Positions 8,840 to 16,855 of a stretch of 20,000 bases of DNA are shown here, one piece after another. A program made the position numbers and the translations under genes. The notes beneath the pieces were generated by a model. The model was not told where the DNA came from and made no database searches. It saw nothing but the letters and a program-made list of their open reading frames with translations. This stretch comes from an uncultured virus (IMG/VR IMGVR_UViG_3300007960_003098) (taxonomy: Duplodnaviria > Heunggongvirae > Uroviricota > Caudoviricetes): the IMG/VR virus record IMGVR_UViG_3300007960_003098. The stretch is one strand, 5' to 3'. How positions within the stretch are numbered: the stretch's first letter is position 1; each line of letters starts with the position of its first letter.

Positions 8840-9793
8840 GTGAAAGTTATGCGAATTATTCTAGGAATAATTTTCGCACTCATAGCCTCTCCAGTAAATG
8901 CAATCGTTGTTATTGGAGAGGCTAAATCCTATGAGTTAGCAAAACAACAAGCCTTTAAACAAGCAATAGATTACGAAGTAGGAGTAATAGTTGACACCGA
9001 AAGGTTTGCGGTAGACAGCGAATTAGTACACAATCAAATACTCACGTATAGTGCTGGATACATTCTAGATTACAAAGTCATCAGTCACAGTGAAAGCAAC
9101 AACACACACACCGTAAAAATGGATGTGACTGTTGCTAGTTCTAAATTAAAAAACTTTCTACTGTCTCATGCACAATATACCGGAAAGTTTAATGGTGAGA
9201 ACATCAGGGCTCAGATAGATTATTACCAAAAGGGCCTAGTCGATGGGGACAAACTTGTTGCTAATACATTAAAGTATTTCCCCAGCCAAGCTATAAACAT
9301 CATTATGACCGAGTATGCAGTCACGTTAGATGAGCGCCGGAACTTTTATTTAGAGATTCCATATCAGATATCATGGGACCAAGAGTATCTGTCGGCTTTA
9401 GTAGAATTGCTGTCTGCATTTTCTTCCGATCAACCCAGTAGAAATTATGTAGATATCGATAAACAACGTTTGTATTTTTACGATACTATGTTTATGAATC
9501 AACTTCATAACAGAATGACCAGACTTGATTTTGTCGAAATAACACTGACTAATATGCGAGGTGAAACCTTACTAAATAGTTGTGTTCGGAATATTCTGTA
9601 TGATCCTATGAGAGGATGGAACGGTAATTTGGCATTATATAGCAAAACAGATAACAGCTTTAGGATCCATAACAGAAAAGTTATTAACAACTATGTTGTA
9701 GTTCCCATATCCAGCGAAATCTATAATGCTTTAGAAAGCGCCAATCAGATTGAACTACAGGTGACATCTAATAAAGATTGTCCGAAAAAATAA
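8840..9793 (+). CDS. Secreted protein with an LPP20/FlgT-N-like N-terminal domain
   Basis: Signal peptide ending SPVNA, followed by an AKQQAFKQAI..VG..VDTE..ILTYSAGYI..YKVI pattern. The start is GTG 8840 or ATG 8849. Confidence 0.65.
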   Translation: MKVMRIILGIIFALIASPVNAIVVIGEAKSYELAKQQAFKQAIDYEVGVIVDTERFAVDSELVHNQILTYSAGYILDYKVISHSESNNTHTVKMDVTVASSKLKNFLLSHAQYTGKFNGENIRAQIDYYQKGLVDGDKLVANTLKYFPSQAINIIMTEYAVTLDERRNFYLEIPYQISWDQEYLSALVELLSAFSSDQPSRNYVDIDKQRLYFYDTMFMNQLHNRMTRLDFVEITLTNMRGETLLNSCVRNILYDPMRGWNGNLALYSKTDNSFRIHNRKVINNYVVVPISSEIYNALESANQIELQVTSNKDCPKK

Positions 9794-9810
9794 CAAGATA
9801 AGTATTATAG

Positions 9811-11010
9811 ATGACAGAGAAAAAGAATTTGCACTGTTCTTTTTGTGGTAATCACAAAGACGCAGTTACAAAATTAATTGTTGGTGATGAAGTTGCTATC
9901 TGCTCTGATTGCGTGAGCCTGTGCCAGCAACTTATCGATGATGATAAGGGTCAGCCTACCGCTACTAAATCTACACCCAAATCTATTGATGCTGTAACTA
10001 TCCTGCGTCATTTGGACAAACACGTAGTCGGTCAATCTAGTGCTAAAATGGTATTAAGTGTTGCTATCGCTAATCATTACAAGCGAATCTTCAATCCTCC
10101 TCCTAAGGACCTAGAAATTTCTAAAGGTAATGTGATGTTGATCGGGCCTACTGGATCCGGTAAAACGTTGCTTGCTAAAAGCGTAGCACGATATCTAAAC
10201 GTGCCTTTTGTAGTAACTGATGCTACTAATCTTACTGAAGCGGGTTATGTGGGCGAAGACGTAGAAAGTATGTTAGGTTCCTTACTAGCCAAGGCTGAAG
10301 GAGATGTCGAGCTAGCACAGCGAGGAATCATCTTTATAGACGAGATAGACAAGATTGCACGTAAGAGCGAGAGTGCGTCTATAACACGTGACGTAAGCGG
10401 AGAGGGCGTTCAGCAGGCGCTTCTGAAGCTAATCGAGGGTACAGTATGTAGAGTCCCACAGCACGGTAAGCGTAAGCATCCTCAAGAACCTGTAGTAGAG
10501 ATCGACACTAGTAATATCTTGTTTATCGCCGGTGGCGCATTTGGTGGTTTAGAAGAAATCATCAAACGCAGAAGCAACGGGTCGTCCATTGGATTCGGGT
10601 CACAACTTCCTAACTATAGCACAGGGCATTTTGAGCATGTTAGACCAGACGATCTAGTGAAATTTGGAATGATACCCGAGTTTATAGGTAGATTCACTAC
10701 TACTATTCATGTAGAAGAATTAACTAAACTTGAATTAATCAAAGTGCTGACTGGCGTAAAGAATAATCTCATAGATCAGTACAAATATCTATTTGCTATA
10801 GATGAACTGACTCTTACTTTTACAGAAGATGCACTAGAAGAAATGGTGATGAACTGCATGAAACTCAAGACTGGGGCCCGGGGTCTACACACTGAAGTAG
10901 AACGTGCCTTGATCCCGCATATGTTTCACATTGCAAAATATAAAAAGAAAGGTATTACCGAGATAAATATTGATAAGGAATTAGTTTTGGATCCAAAACC
11001 TTTAATATAA
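9811..11010 (+). CDS. clpX: ATP-dependent Clp protease ATP-binding subunit ClpX
   Basis: C4 zinc finger (CSFC..CSDC), Walker A GPTGSGKT, pore-1 GYVG, Walker [19 protein letters not shown] loop, IGF loop, Arg finger EFIGRF and sensor II GARGL. Confidence 0.97.
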   Translation: MTEKKNLHCSFCGNHKDAVTKLIVGDEVAICSDCVSLCQQLIDDDKGQPTATKSTPKSIDAVTILRHLDKHVVGQSSAKMVLSVAIANHYKRIFNPPPKDLEISKGNVMLIGPTGSGKTLLAKSVARYLNVPFVVTDATNLTEAGYVGEDVESMLGSLLAKAEGDVELAQRGIIFIDEIDKIARKSESASITRDVSGEGVQQALLKLIEGTVCRVPQHGKRKHPQEPVVEIDTSNILFIAGGAFGGLEEIIKRRSNGSSIGFGSQLPNYSTGHFEHVRPDDLVKFGMIPEFIGRFTTTIHVEELTKLELIKVLTGVKNNLIDQYKYLFAIDELTLTFTEDALEEMVMNCMKLKTGARGLHTEVERALIPHMFHIAKYKKKGITEINIDKELVLDPKPLI

Positions 11011-11013
11011 CAT

Positions 11014-11301
11014 ATGAGAAAAAATCACATAAAATTTTATAACGACAAGAAAAAATATCAACAAGAAAAGCCTTTCGGCTTACAAGTAACAGTATTCGAC
11101 AATAATGTAGAGCAAGCGTTACGCAAGTTAAAAAAGAAAGTATCTAACGCGGGGTTGTTACAAGAAGTTAAAAAACGTGAATACTATGAAAAGCCTACTC
11201 AAACAAGAAAATTAAAAAAGGCTATGGCTGTAAAGCGTGAACAAAAGCGCATTGATAAAGAAAGATTAAAACCAAAACGCGGTTACAAAGCAGACTATTA
11301 A
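11014..11301 (+). CDS. rpsU: Phage-encoded 30S ribosomal protein bS21 with an N-terminal extension
   Basis: V.V..NNVEQALRKLKKKV..AGLL.EVKKREYYEKPT..RK.KK..A.KR is the S21 signature. Confidence 0.92.
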   Translation: MRKNHIKFYNDKKKYQQEKPFGLQVTVFDNNVEQALRKLKKKVSNAGLLQEVKKREYYEKPTQTRKLKKAMAVKREQKRIDKERLKPKRGYKADY

Positions 11302-11312
11302 CCCAATTTCAC

Positions 11313-11350
11313 TTGATATTTTATATTTTATCATTATATAATGATAAATA
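11313..11350 (+). promoter_or_regulatory. Tandem promoter signals for hsp20 (sigma70-like plus late-type TAAATA)
   Basis: TTGATA(11313-11318)-18-TATAAT(11337-11342), and TAAATA at 11345-11350. Confidence 0.5.
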
Positions 11351-11353
11351 CTA

Positions 11354-11435
11354 ATATGATTAGATAGGTTTCTAATCATATGGATGCCGAAAGGGTCCAA
11401 ACTTAAATCTTGCTTAATAAAGGAGAAACATTATG
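11354..11435 (+). ncRNA. ROSE-like RNA thermometer (cis-regulatory 5' UTR of hsp20)
   Basis: HP1 is ATATGATTAGA/TCTAATCATAT (11 bp, 11354-11381). HP2 is GGAT-G-CC-GAAA-GG-GTCC (11382-11398). HP3 is UCUU-G-CUU-AAUA-AAG-GAGA (11408-11426), in which UUGCU with a bulged G pairs to the SD, the ROSE hallmark. It sits directly before an sHSP gene. Confidence 0.8.
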
Positions 11436-11888
11436 ACAAGCAATATTCCAACCCTACGTCTAAGTTCTTTAGACATTCCTTCAATTCATAAATTCGGTGT
11501 AGGTTTCGATTCAATCTTTGATGAATTCAACCGCATTGCATCCTTATCTGGTAAGGATAACTATCCTCCATACAATATCATTAAAGAGTCTGATGATGCA
11601 TACATCATCGAACTAGCAGTGGCTGGCTTCAAGCAAGAAGAAGTCGAGATTGAAATGGAGAAGAATGTTCTTACAGTTAAGTCAGTAGAATCTGAAGAAC
11701 CAAAAATCGTACCTGAATATCTACACAAAGGCATCAGTGCTAGAGCGTTTACTCGTTCTTTCACTCTAGCTGATCACGTAGAAGTTCTAGGTGCTACTAT
11801 GCAAGACGGTATTCTAGCAATCCAGTTACAGCGCAAAGTTCCTGAAGCGTTGCAACCCAGAAAGATTGCAATCGAATACACTAAATAG
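11433..11888 (+). CDS. hsp20: Small heat shock protein (Hsp20/IbpA-like)
   Basis: Motifs VGFDSIF, YPPYNI, IELAVAGF, YLHKGISARAFTRSFTLAD, A.MQDGIL and the C-terminal IXI (KIAI). AAGGAG SD. Confidence 0.96.
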   Translation: MTSNIPTLRLSSLDIPSIHKFGVGFDSIFDEFNRIASLSGKDNYPPYNIIKESDDAYIIELAVAGFKQEEVEIEMEKNVLTVKSVESEEPKIVPEYLHKGISARAFTRSFTLADHVEVLGATMQDGILAIQLQRKVPEALQPRKIAIEYTK

Positions 11889-11894
11889 TATAAT
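11866..11894 (+). promoter_or_regulatory. Promoter for clpS embedded in the 3' end of hsp20
   Basis: TTGCAA(11866-11871)-17-TATAAT(11889-11894), with a late-type TAAATA (11882-11887) inside the spacer. Confidence 0.6.
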
Positions 11895-11910
11895 AGAGAC
11901 ATAAAAAACG

Positions 11911-11955
11911 AACGTAGTTGTGGAAGCAACTCGTTGCGGAAGCAACTACGTTTTT
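11911..11955 (+). terminator. Structured RNA element: terminator-like long hairpin that can alternatively fold as two tandem GGAA hairpins
   Basis: AACGTAGTTG/CAACTACGTT forms a 10-bp stem running into a T-tract. The internal direct repeat GTTG(T/C)GGAAGCAACT occurs at 11917-11931 and 11933-11947. Confidence 0.6.
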
Positions 11956-11977
11956 CTCATAAACTTGGAGTAATAGT

Positions 11978-12292
11978 ATGTCAACAAATCCCGATTTTGA
12001 AACACAGCAAAAAATCAAGCCTAATTATGCATTACAGGAACCGCCTCTATATCGGGTGATTTACATCAATGATGAGGTCACTACTATGGAATTCGTAGTA
12101 GACTCGCTGTGTGAATATTTTAACTATAATCCTGACACTGCGTCTAATATCACTACTGATATTCACCAGCACGGTAGTGCTATCGTAGCAGTCCTTCCAT
12201 ACGAGATCGCTGAACAAAAGGGAATTGAAGTTACTTTACAAGCACGTTCTAAGGGATATCCTCTACAGATCAAAGTAGAGGCTGAAGATTAA
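11978..12292 (+). CDS. clpS: ATP-dependent Clp protease adaptor ClpS
   Basis: PPLYRVIYINDEVTTMEFVV..L..YF, IHQHGSAIV..PYEIAEQK and AR..GYPL. GGAG SD at 11967-11970. Confidence 0.95.
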   Translation: MSTNPDFETQQKIKPNYALQEPPLYRVIYINDEVTTMEFVVDSLCEYFNYNPDTASNITTDIHQHGSAIVAVLPYEIAEQKGIEVTLQARSKGYPLQIKVEAED

Positions 12293-13017
12293 GTATTAAT
12301 TGATATTCGTTTAGCGTAAAAGTTCTTAACGTTCTTTTCTACTAAGGGATTAGTAATAGCTGTAATATCATTCTTTCTTGGAACCAGTAGAGTTGCTTCT
12401 ACTGGTTTTCCATATGACCCGTAAACCCAATGACTGACTTTACTTTCTGTGTCAGCATTTAAAATAGTATCTAAAGGGATTTGCATAGGGGTGTATTCTG
12501 GTATTTGTCCAAAATAGCAATTTACGTTTGGAACTGCACTAGTGACTATAATGATATGTTTTACGTCCACATGACGCTGGAGCTTTTCTATTGTTTGATG
12601 TAAAAAGCCCATATCATCCATTCTGTATTGATAGTATTTTAATTCATCTATTGATATAGATTTTCCGGGTTCGTGAGCGTTTTCCCAGCAATTAGAACCG
12701 ATGACAGCAACACCGTCTACAAGAACAACATTGTGATGTAACAATACCAAATTAGGGACAGCTTGAGTTATGTTAAGTATCTCTGCCGTGCGCTGGTTAA
12801 TGTTCTCAGTATCAGAATATTCTGCTAATCCAGGTGTATAGAAAATACCCTGATAAAGAGTGCTAAGGTGTAACAGTGTTTGGTGAACTGTGCGAAGATC
12901 GGAACTGATGTTACCAGACAATAAGCAGTACAAACTTGTAGGTTTGCCCTCCCAATTGAAACTGTCTTCAGGGTCCAGATTTAAATCACTGATAACATCA
13001 AATCCGATTTCGATCAT
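12289..13017 (-). CDS. Calcineurin-like metallophosphoesterase homolog with degenerate metal ligands
   Basis: Motif order is preserved but the ligands are altered: VISDLNL (DxH), LSGNI (GD), PGLAEY (GNHE), VTSAVP (TH.P) and HWVYGSY (GHxH). Confidence 0.75.
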   Translation of the reverse strand: MIEIGFDVISDLNLDPEDSFNWEGKPTSLYCLLSGNISSDLRTVHQTLLHLSTLYQGIFYTPGLAEYSDTENINQRTAEILNITQAVPNLVLLHHNVVLVDGVAVIGSNCWENAHEPGKSISIDELKYYQYRMDDMGFLHQTIEKLQRHVDVKHIIIVTSAVPNVNCYFGQIPEYTPMQIPLDTILNADTESKVSHWVYGSYGKPVEATLLVPRKNDITAITNPLVEKNVKNFYAKRISINT

Positions 13018-13026
13018 AATGGAAAC

Positions 13027-13335
13027 TTACTTAGCTACAGTCAGTTTCTTTTTACCTGTTGTTTTGGCTGGCGCCTTTTTAGTAGCCGGTTTCTTAGCAG
13101 GGGCTTTAGCAGGGGCTTTAGCAGGGGCTTTAGCAGGGGCTTTGCTCTCTGTCTTTGGTGCCCGTTTTGCAGGGGCTTTTTTCACAGGAGCTTTTGCGAC
13201 TGGATCGACTGGTTTTGGAGCAGGAGCCGGTTCAGGGACATCTGCTAAATCTTCATCTTTTTCTAGTCTATTATAAAAGTATAAGCCTGCTAATGCTACG
13301 ACTACTAATAAACCAATAATTATTTCGGGTGACAT
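13027..13335 (-). CDS. Small membrane-anchored protein with a Lys/Ala/Pro-rich (histone H1-like) tail
   Basis: AAGGAG SD, N-terminal TM segment IIIGLLVVVALAGLYFY and KAPA repeats. TAAATA lies upstream on the minus strand (13363-13368). Confidence 0.8.
   Translation of the reverse strand: MSPEIIIGLLVVVALAGLYFYNRLEKDEDLADVPEPAPAPKPVDPVAKAPVKKAPAKRAPKTESKAPAKAPAKAPAKAPAKKPATKKAPAKTTGKKKLTVAK
13094..13141. repeat. Tandem repeat, 4 x 12 bp TTAGCAGGGGCT (encodes KAPA x4 on the minus strand)
   Basis: Exact copies start at 13094, 13106, 13118 and 13130. Confidence 0.95.
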
Positions 13336-13404
13336 GTATTTCTCCTTATCAATTCCGCATTGTATTTATCTGGGTTAGATTGTTATTATGTTTTTCCGTC
13401 TTCC

Positions 13405-13434
13405 TTGACAGGGAAAAGGATATGCTATTATAAT
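13405..13434 (+). promoter_or_regulatory. sigma70 promoter for the SprT-like gene
   Basis: TTGACA(13405-13410)-18-TATAAT(13429-13434), immediately followed by TAAATA. Confidence 0.65.
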
Positions 13435-13473
13435 AAATAAAAGTGAACGATTCTATAATAAAGGAGAAATCGA

Positions 13474-13977
13474 ATGACTCCAAAGGAAGCCCGAGAGCAA
13501 CTTAAGGAATGGATGCAAGAAGATTTACCTAGTATTACAAAACAAAAAAGATACATTTTCAGACCTACTCAACGTGAAATCAATCACACTTATAACGTGC
13601 TGAATCTAGCACTCTATAAAGGCAAGCTAAAAAGACCTAAAATAAGAACTGCATCTAGAAAAAGATATTGGGGTCTATGCCAAGCCTTAAATCATGAACC
13701 TATGAACTATAAATCTAAATCGAACTGTGAACTTATCCTGAGCGATAAATGGTTCTGTAGACAATGGTTTATTGATACTCTAGCACATGAAATGGCTCAT
13801 CAATATCAATGGGACATCGACGGACCAAAAAGAGTAGCAGAAGGAAAAGAAGCAATCATGTCACATGGTCCTAGCTTTTTTAAACACAAACCAACGCTAG
13901 ATCATTATGGATTGAACTTGAAAATTACTCACAAAATAAAAACATGGTTCAAATATCAAAGTTTAACTAAGTGCTAA
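13474..13977 (+). CDS. SprT-like zinc metalloprotease
   Basis: TLAHEMAH (HExxH), a downstream SHGPSF and an upstream Y..LN..LY.G.L..P pattern. AAGGAG SD. Confidence 0.88.
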   Translation: MTPKEAREQLKEWMQEDLPSITKQKRYIFRPTQREINHTYNVLNLALYKGKLKRPKIRTASRKRYWGLCQALNHEPMNYKSKSNCELILSDKWFCRQWFIDTLAHEMAHQYQWDIDGPKRVAEGKEAIMSHGPSFFKHKPTLDHYGLNLKITHKIKTWFKYQSLTKC

Positions 13978-13996
13978 CAATACGATAAATACTGAT

Positions 13997-15553
13997 ATGG
14001 ACCATTATTTAACTAGAAACATACTTGATCAACTAGATTTTCTGGCAGAAGACGTTACTCTTAACGCTAGCCAGATCAATAAGTACCAGTGGAGATTCGA
14101 TAAGTTTATCGACATGATTCGTTCTGGTGATCCTTTCTTTACAGTAGATAGAGAAGAAGTTATTGCAGACCCAAGCGAAGCCGATAGATTTCAAGCATTA
14201 AAAGACGAAGATCAATTCAAAGGTAGCTTGAAACTAAAATTAGATTCAGGTGAAGAGATCGGTTTAAACAAACTCTTAAAGACAGCAGACTTAGGTGGAC
14301 AAGCCGCTACTGGTGATCCTGAATCAGCAGAAGAAGTAGGTAAAGAATCTGCACTGTTAAAGCCTTCGCAGATCGGCATTACTGACAGAGAGATTCCTGC
14401 TAGTGAGTTAGGTACTGAGATCGTCAACAATGAAGTATTAAACTCTACCGAGTATGGTAAAGTAGTAGTTAACATGGCTCAAGAGATTATGAATGGTAGG
14501 AATCCTGTAATCCCGGACAGCGTTCCTGCAAAAGTAAGAGCATCTATACACGACTATGCAGGTGAGTACTTAGGTGTGTTAGCGATGATCATAGGTACAT
14601 CACGTTTCCCAAGACGTAGAAGTTTTGAAGCGTGGTTAGGTGGTAGCGTTAGCGATCTTACTATCTTTTTCCCTACTGCGGCGAATACTAATATTGCTGA
14701 TAGCTTTGCTACTATCAAAAACAAAAAGACTAAGCACAACGTAAACATCTCAAGCAAAGGTAAAGGTGGCGGTGCGCCACCAAGTATTAGCGGACTCAAA
14801 GTTCCTGAGCATCTAAAAGAGAATCCTGATTACGAAGCCGCGTTAAAATTTATTGAGATTTGTCAAGCAGACGCTCCTTTACCTACACCTAAAACAGTAT
14901 CACAAGTGTTCTATGGTATGAATGTGTTAGCACGTTATGTGCCTGATTCTATACCTAAAGAATTCAAGAATTTCTTACCGTGGACTAATCAAGTCATCCA
15001 AGAAGTCAACGATTCGCTAAAAGCGTTTAAGACTTCACAGCCAATCGATCTTCCTAAATATGCATCACTGTGGGAAGGAGTAGATTTCAGTAAACCTTCT
15101 AGCGACGGTGGTAAACTAACATACGTAGTAAAGAAAGCAGTAATGGAAGCTGTCAACGAGGGCAAAGCATTACCTGACTTCCAAAGTGTCATCTTAGAAA
15201 TCTTAGACATGAACTTTATTCAGCAGTATGCTGACTTGTCTACAAAGAAAGGTCCTAAGGTAATGACGTTTGCTACTCAGTGGCCTGCTAAACTAGAGGG
15301 TAAAGTTACACTAGAATCTAAATCAGGTGCAACGGATCCAACTAAGGGTGGTTTCTCATTCAAACTTGCTAACACAGCACCAAAGACAGATATTCCCGAG
15401 CCTGACGAGAGCGGCGTAGATGATAAAGAAATTACATCAAAAGCAGATTTAAAGAAACAAGCTAAAAAGATCACTAAAGGTGGAAGTAAAGAAGTCACTG
15501 ACATCTTTAAGAAACCTGAACCCTCGACCGGTATCAGCAGAAAAAAACGATAA
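13997..15553 (+). CDS. Large hypothetical protein, possibly virion-associated, with a PD-(D/E)xK-like core
   Basis: 518 aa. The N-terminus ...LDFLAE resembles a prohead-protease cleavage site. The central EYLG..FPTAAN..IADSF....ISSKG.GG resembles a restriction-endonuclease-like fold (inference). Preceded by TAAATA-5 nt-ATG. Confidence 0.6.
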   Translation: MDHYLTRNILDQLDFLAEDVTLNASQINKYQWRFDKFIDMIRSGDPFFTVDREEVIADPSEADRFQALKDEDQFKGSLKLKLDSGEEIGLNKLLKTADLGGQAATGDPESAEEVGKESALLKPSQIGITDREIPASELGTEIVNNEVLNSTEYGKVVVNMAQEIMNGRNPVIPDSVPAKVRASIHDYAGEYLGVLAMIIGTSRFPRRRSFEAWLGGSVSDLTIFFPTAANTNIADSFATIKNKKTKHNVNISSKGKGGGAPPSISGLKVPEHLKENPDYEAALKFIEICQADAPLPTPKTVSQVFYGMNVLARYVPDSIPKEFKNFLPWTNQVIQEVNDSLKAFKTSQPIDLPKYASLWEGVDFSKPSSDGGKLTYVVKKAVMEAVNEGKALPDFQSVILEILDMNFIQQYADLSTKKGPKVMTFATQWPAKLEGKVTLESKSGATDPTKGGFSFKLANTAPKTDIPEPDESGVDDKEITSKADLKKQAKKITKGGSKEVTDIFKKPEPSTGISRKKR

Positions 15554-15591
15554 AAAGAGTTGGCTCTGTTAAAAGTGTTTAAATACAATTA

Positions 15592-16497
15592 ATGTATAAA
15601 CATGTAGAAATCGAGTACTCTGATCCATCAGGCAAACTCTCGCCCATCATTTTAAGATATGAGATCAACGACACTAACATTGCCCAGCGATGGGCTAGTC
15701 TGTTGGATTATTCTATAGAGAATTATCAGATTGATGATCCAGAAAGGATGTATGGTTTCAACGATGAAGCGACTGAAAAACTTAATGCTATTAACGCTAT
15801 TAATAATTGTGTTGACACTATCAATGCTTACAGACCTGGGTTTGTTGAGCGTAGGATAGATGAAACTATTGACCAAGATACACTAAACTACTTGCATCAT
15901 ATATTTGAAGTGTATCATGGAATGTTGAATGAACCGCATGAGTTTTTCCAAGATGCACCAAAAGAAGTTCAACGTGCTTTAGGTAAGTTAAACTTAGAAG
16001 TTCACAGGTGTGAATCTATGGCAAAAGACAGTGTACGCAAGATGTTACCAACGCATTTTGTTACTTATTATGACATGCCACGTGGCCCTGAATTCAGAAC
16101 ATTAGAAATGGAAGATTATGAGCATTTTACAGATTTTTATGAATTTGGAACAATTTACCTTCTGTATGTAGAGATAGGAAAAACTCTACAAGACTTATCT
16201 ATTGATGACGACCATCATATCTCAGCAGAAGCATACAAACCCTTTAGACACTATGCTAGTGATTTTGTGATTAGATATTTTAGTTCTTCACATCAAAACT
16301 GGTTATTTCATAAAAAGATTTTTAGAAAGCATTACGAAGAAAACAAAGAGTTTTATGATGCTAGATATGATTATAGTCATCCATACAATAGACCGGGCAA
16401 CATACCTTTAGCTAAATTAAAGACGCATCTATCACAGCAAGAAGTGGTAGAAGGTATCAGAGACAGGGCGTGTGTAACTAACATAAAAGTTTGGTAA
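15592..16497 (+). CDS. Hypothetical phage protein
   Basis: 301-aa ORF with LNYLHHIFE and LNLEVHRCE His-rich helices. Preceded by TAAATA-6 nt-ATG. Confidence 0.75.
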   Translation: MYKHVEIEYSDPSGKLSPIILRYEINDTNIAQRWASLLDYSIENYQIDDPERMYGFNDEATEKLNAINAINNCVDTINAYRPGFVERRIDETIDQDTLNYLHHIFEVYHGMLNEPHEFFQDAPKEVQRALGKLNLEVHRCESMAKDSVRKMLPTHFVTYYDMPRGPEFRTLEMEDYEHFTDFYEFGTIYLLYVEIGKTLQDLSIDDDHHISAEAYKPFRHYASDFVIRYFSSSHQNWLFHKKIFRKHYEENKEFYDARYDYSHPYNRPGNIPLAKLKTHLSQQEVVEGIRDRACVTNIKVW

Positions 16498-16506
16498 CCT
16501 TTTATC

Positions 16507-16535
16507 TTGCTTTTAGTTTAATACTATAGTATCAT
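16507..16535 (+). promoter_or_regulatory. Putative sigma70 promoter upstream of the EWH-family gene and clpP
   Basis: TTGCTT(16507-16512)-17-TATCAT(16530-16535). Confidence 0.5.
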
Positions 16536-16560
16536 AAGTTTTTAATATAGGAGATATGTT

Positions 16561-16842
16561 ATGGCGGAAGTAAAATTTATCCAAAACGAATGGCACCGAG
16601 TTTTTGTTAAAAAGACAATGGTAGCATCTACAACCGATTGGGAAGGTAACGAGGTTGTATCAGAAGAAGATTTGGTAACATACCTTCTAGAAGGTACTAC
16701 CGGTGATGACGAGAAAGACGACATTTGCTGGCAACAAGTAGCAGAAGCAGAATGTGTTGGAGATGAAGAACCCGACTGGTGGTCTGATCGCAAAGGTTGT
16801 ACAGAAATCGATTACGAAATCGTTGACGAAAACGAAGAATAA
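16561..16842 (+). CDS. Acidic hypothetical protein (EWH...WxDRKG family), paralog of 5505-5777
   Basis: AGGAG SD. Contains NEWH and [14 protein letters not shown]. Confidence 0.8.
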   Translation: MAEVKFIQNEWHRVFVKKTMVASTTDWEGNEVVSEEDLVTYLLEGTTGDDEKDDICWQQVAEAECVGDEEPDWWSDRKGCTEIDYEIVDENEE

Positions 16843-16855
16843 ATTAGAGGATTAT

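Noticed and set aside
11311..11340. sigma32 promoter for hsp20
   Set aside because: CTTGAT is present but there is no CCCCAT-like -10 element.
11911..11955. Possible mini-CRISPR array
   Set aside because: There are only two 15-nt units separated by 1 nt, with no spacers and no cas genes.
12890..13276. 128-aa plus-strand ORF with AGAL repeats
   Set aside because: It is the antisense shadow of the KAPA-repeat gene, which has the SD and a TM anchor.
16754..16855. N-terminal extension of ClpP in the ORF track
   Set aside because: It overlaps the upstream gene. The canonical MALVP start with an SD is at 16856.
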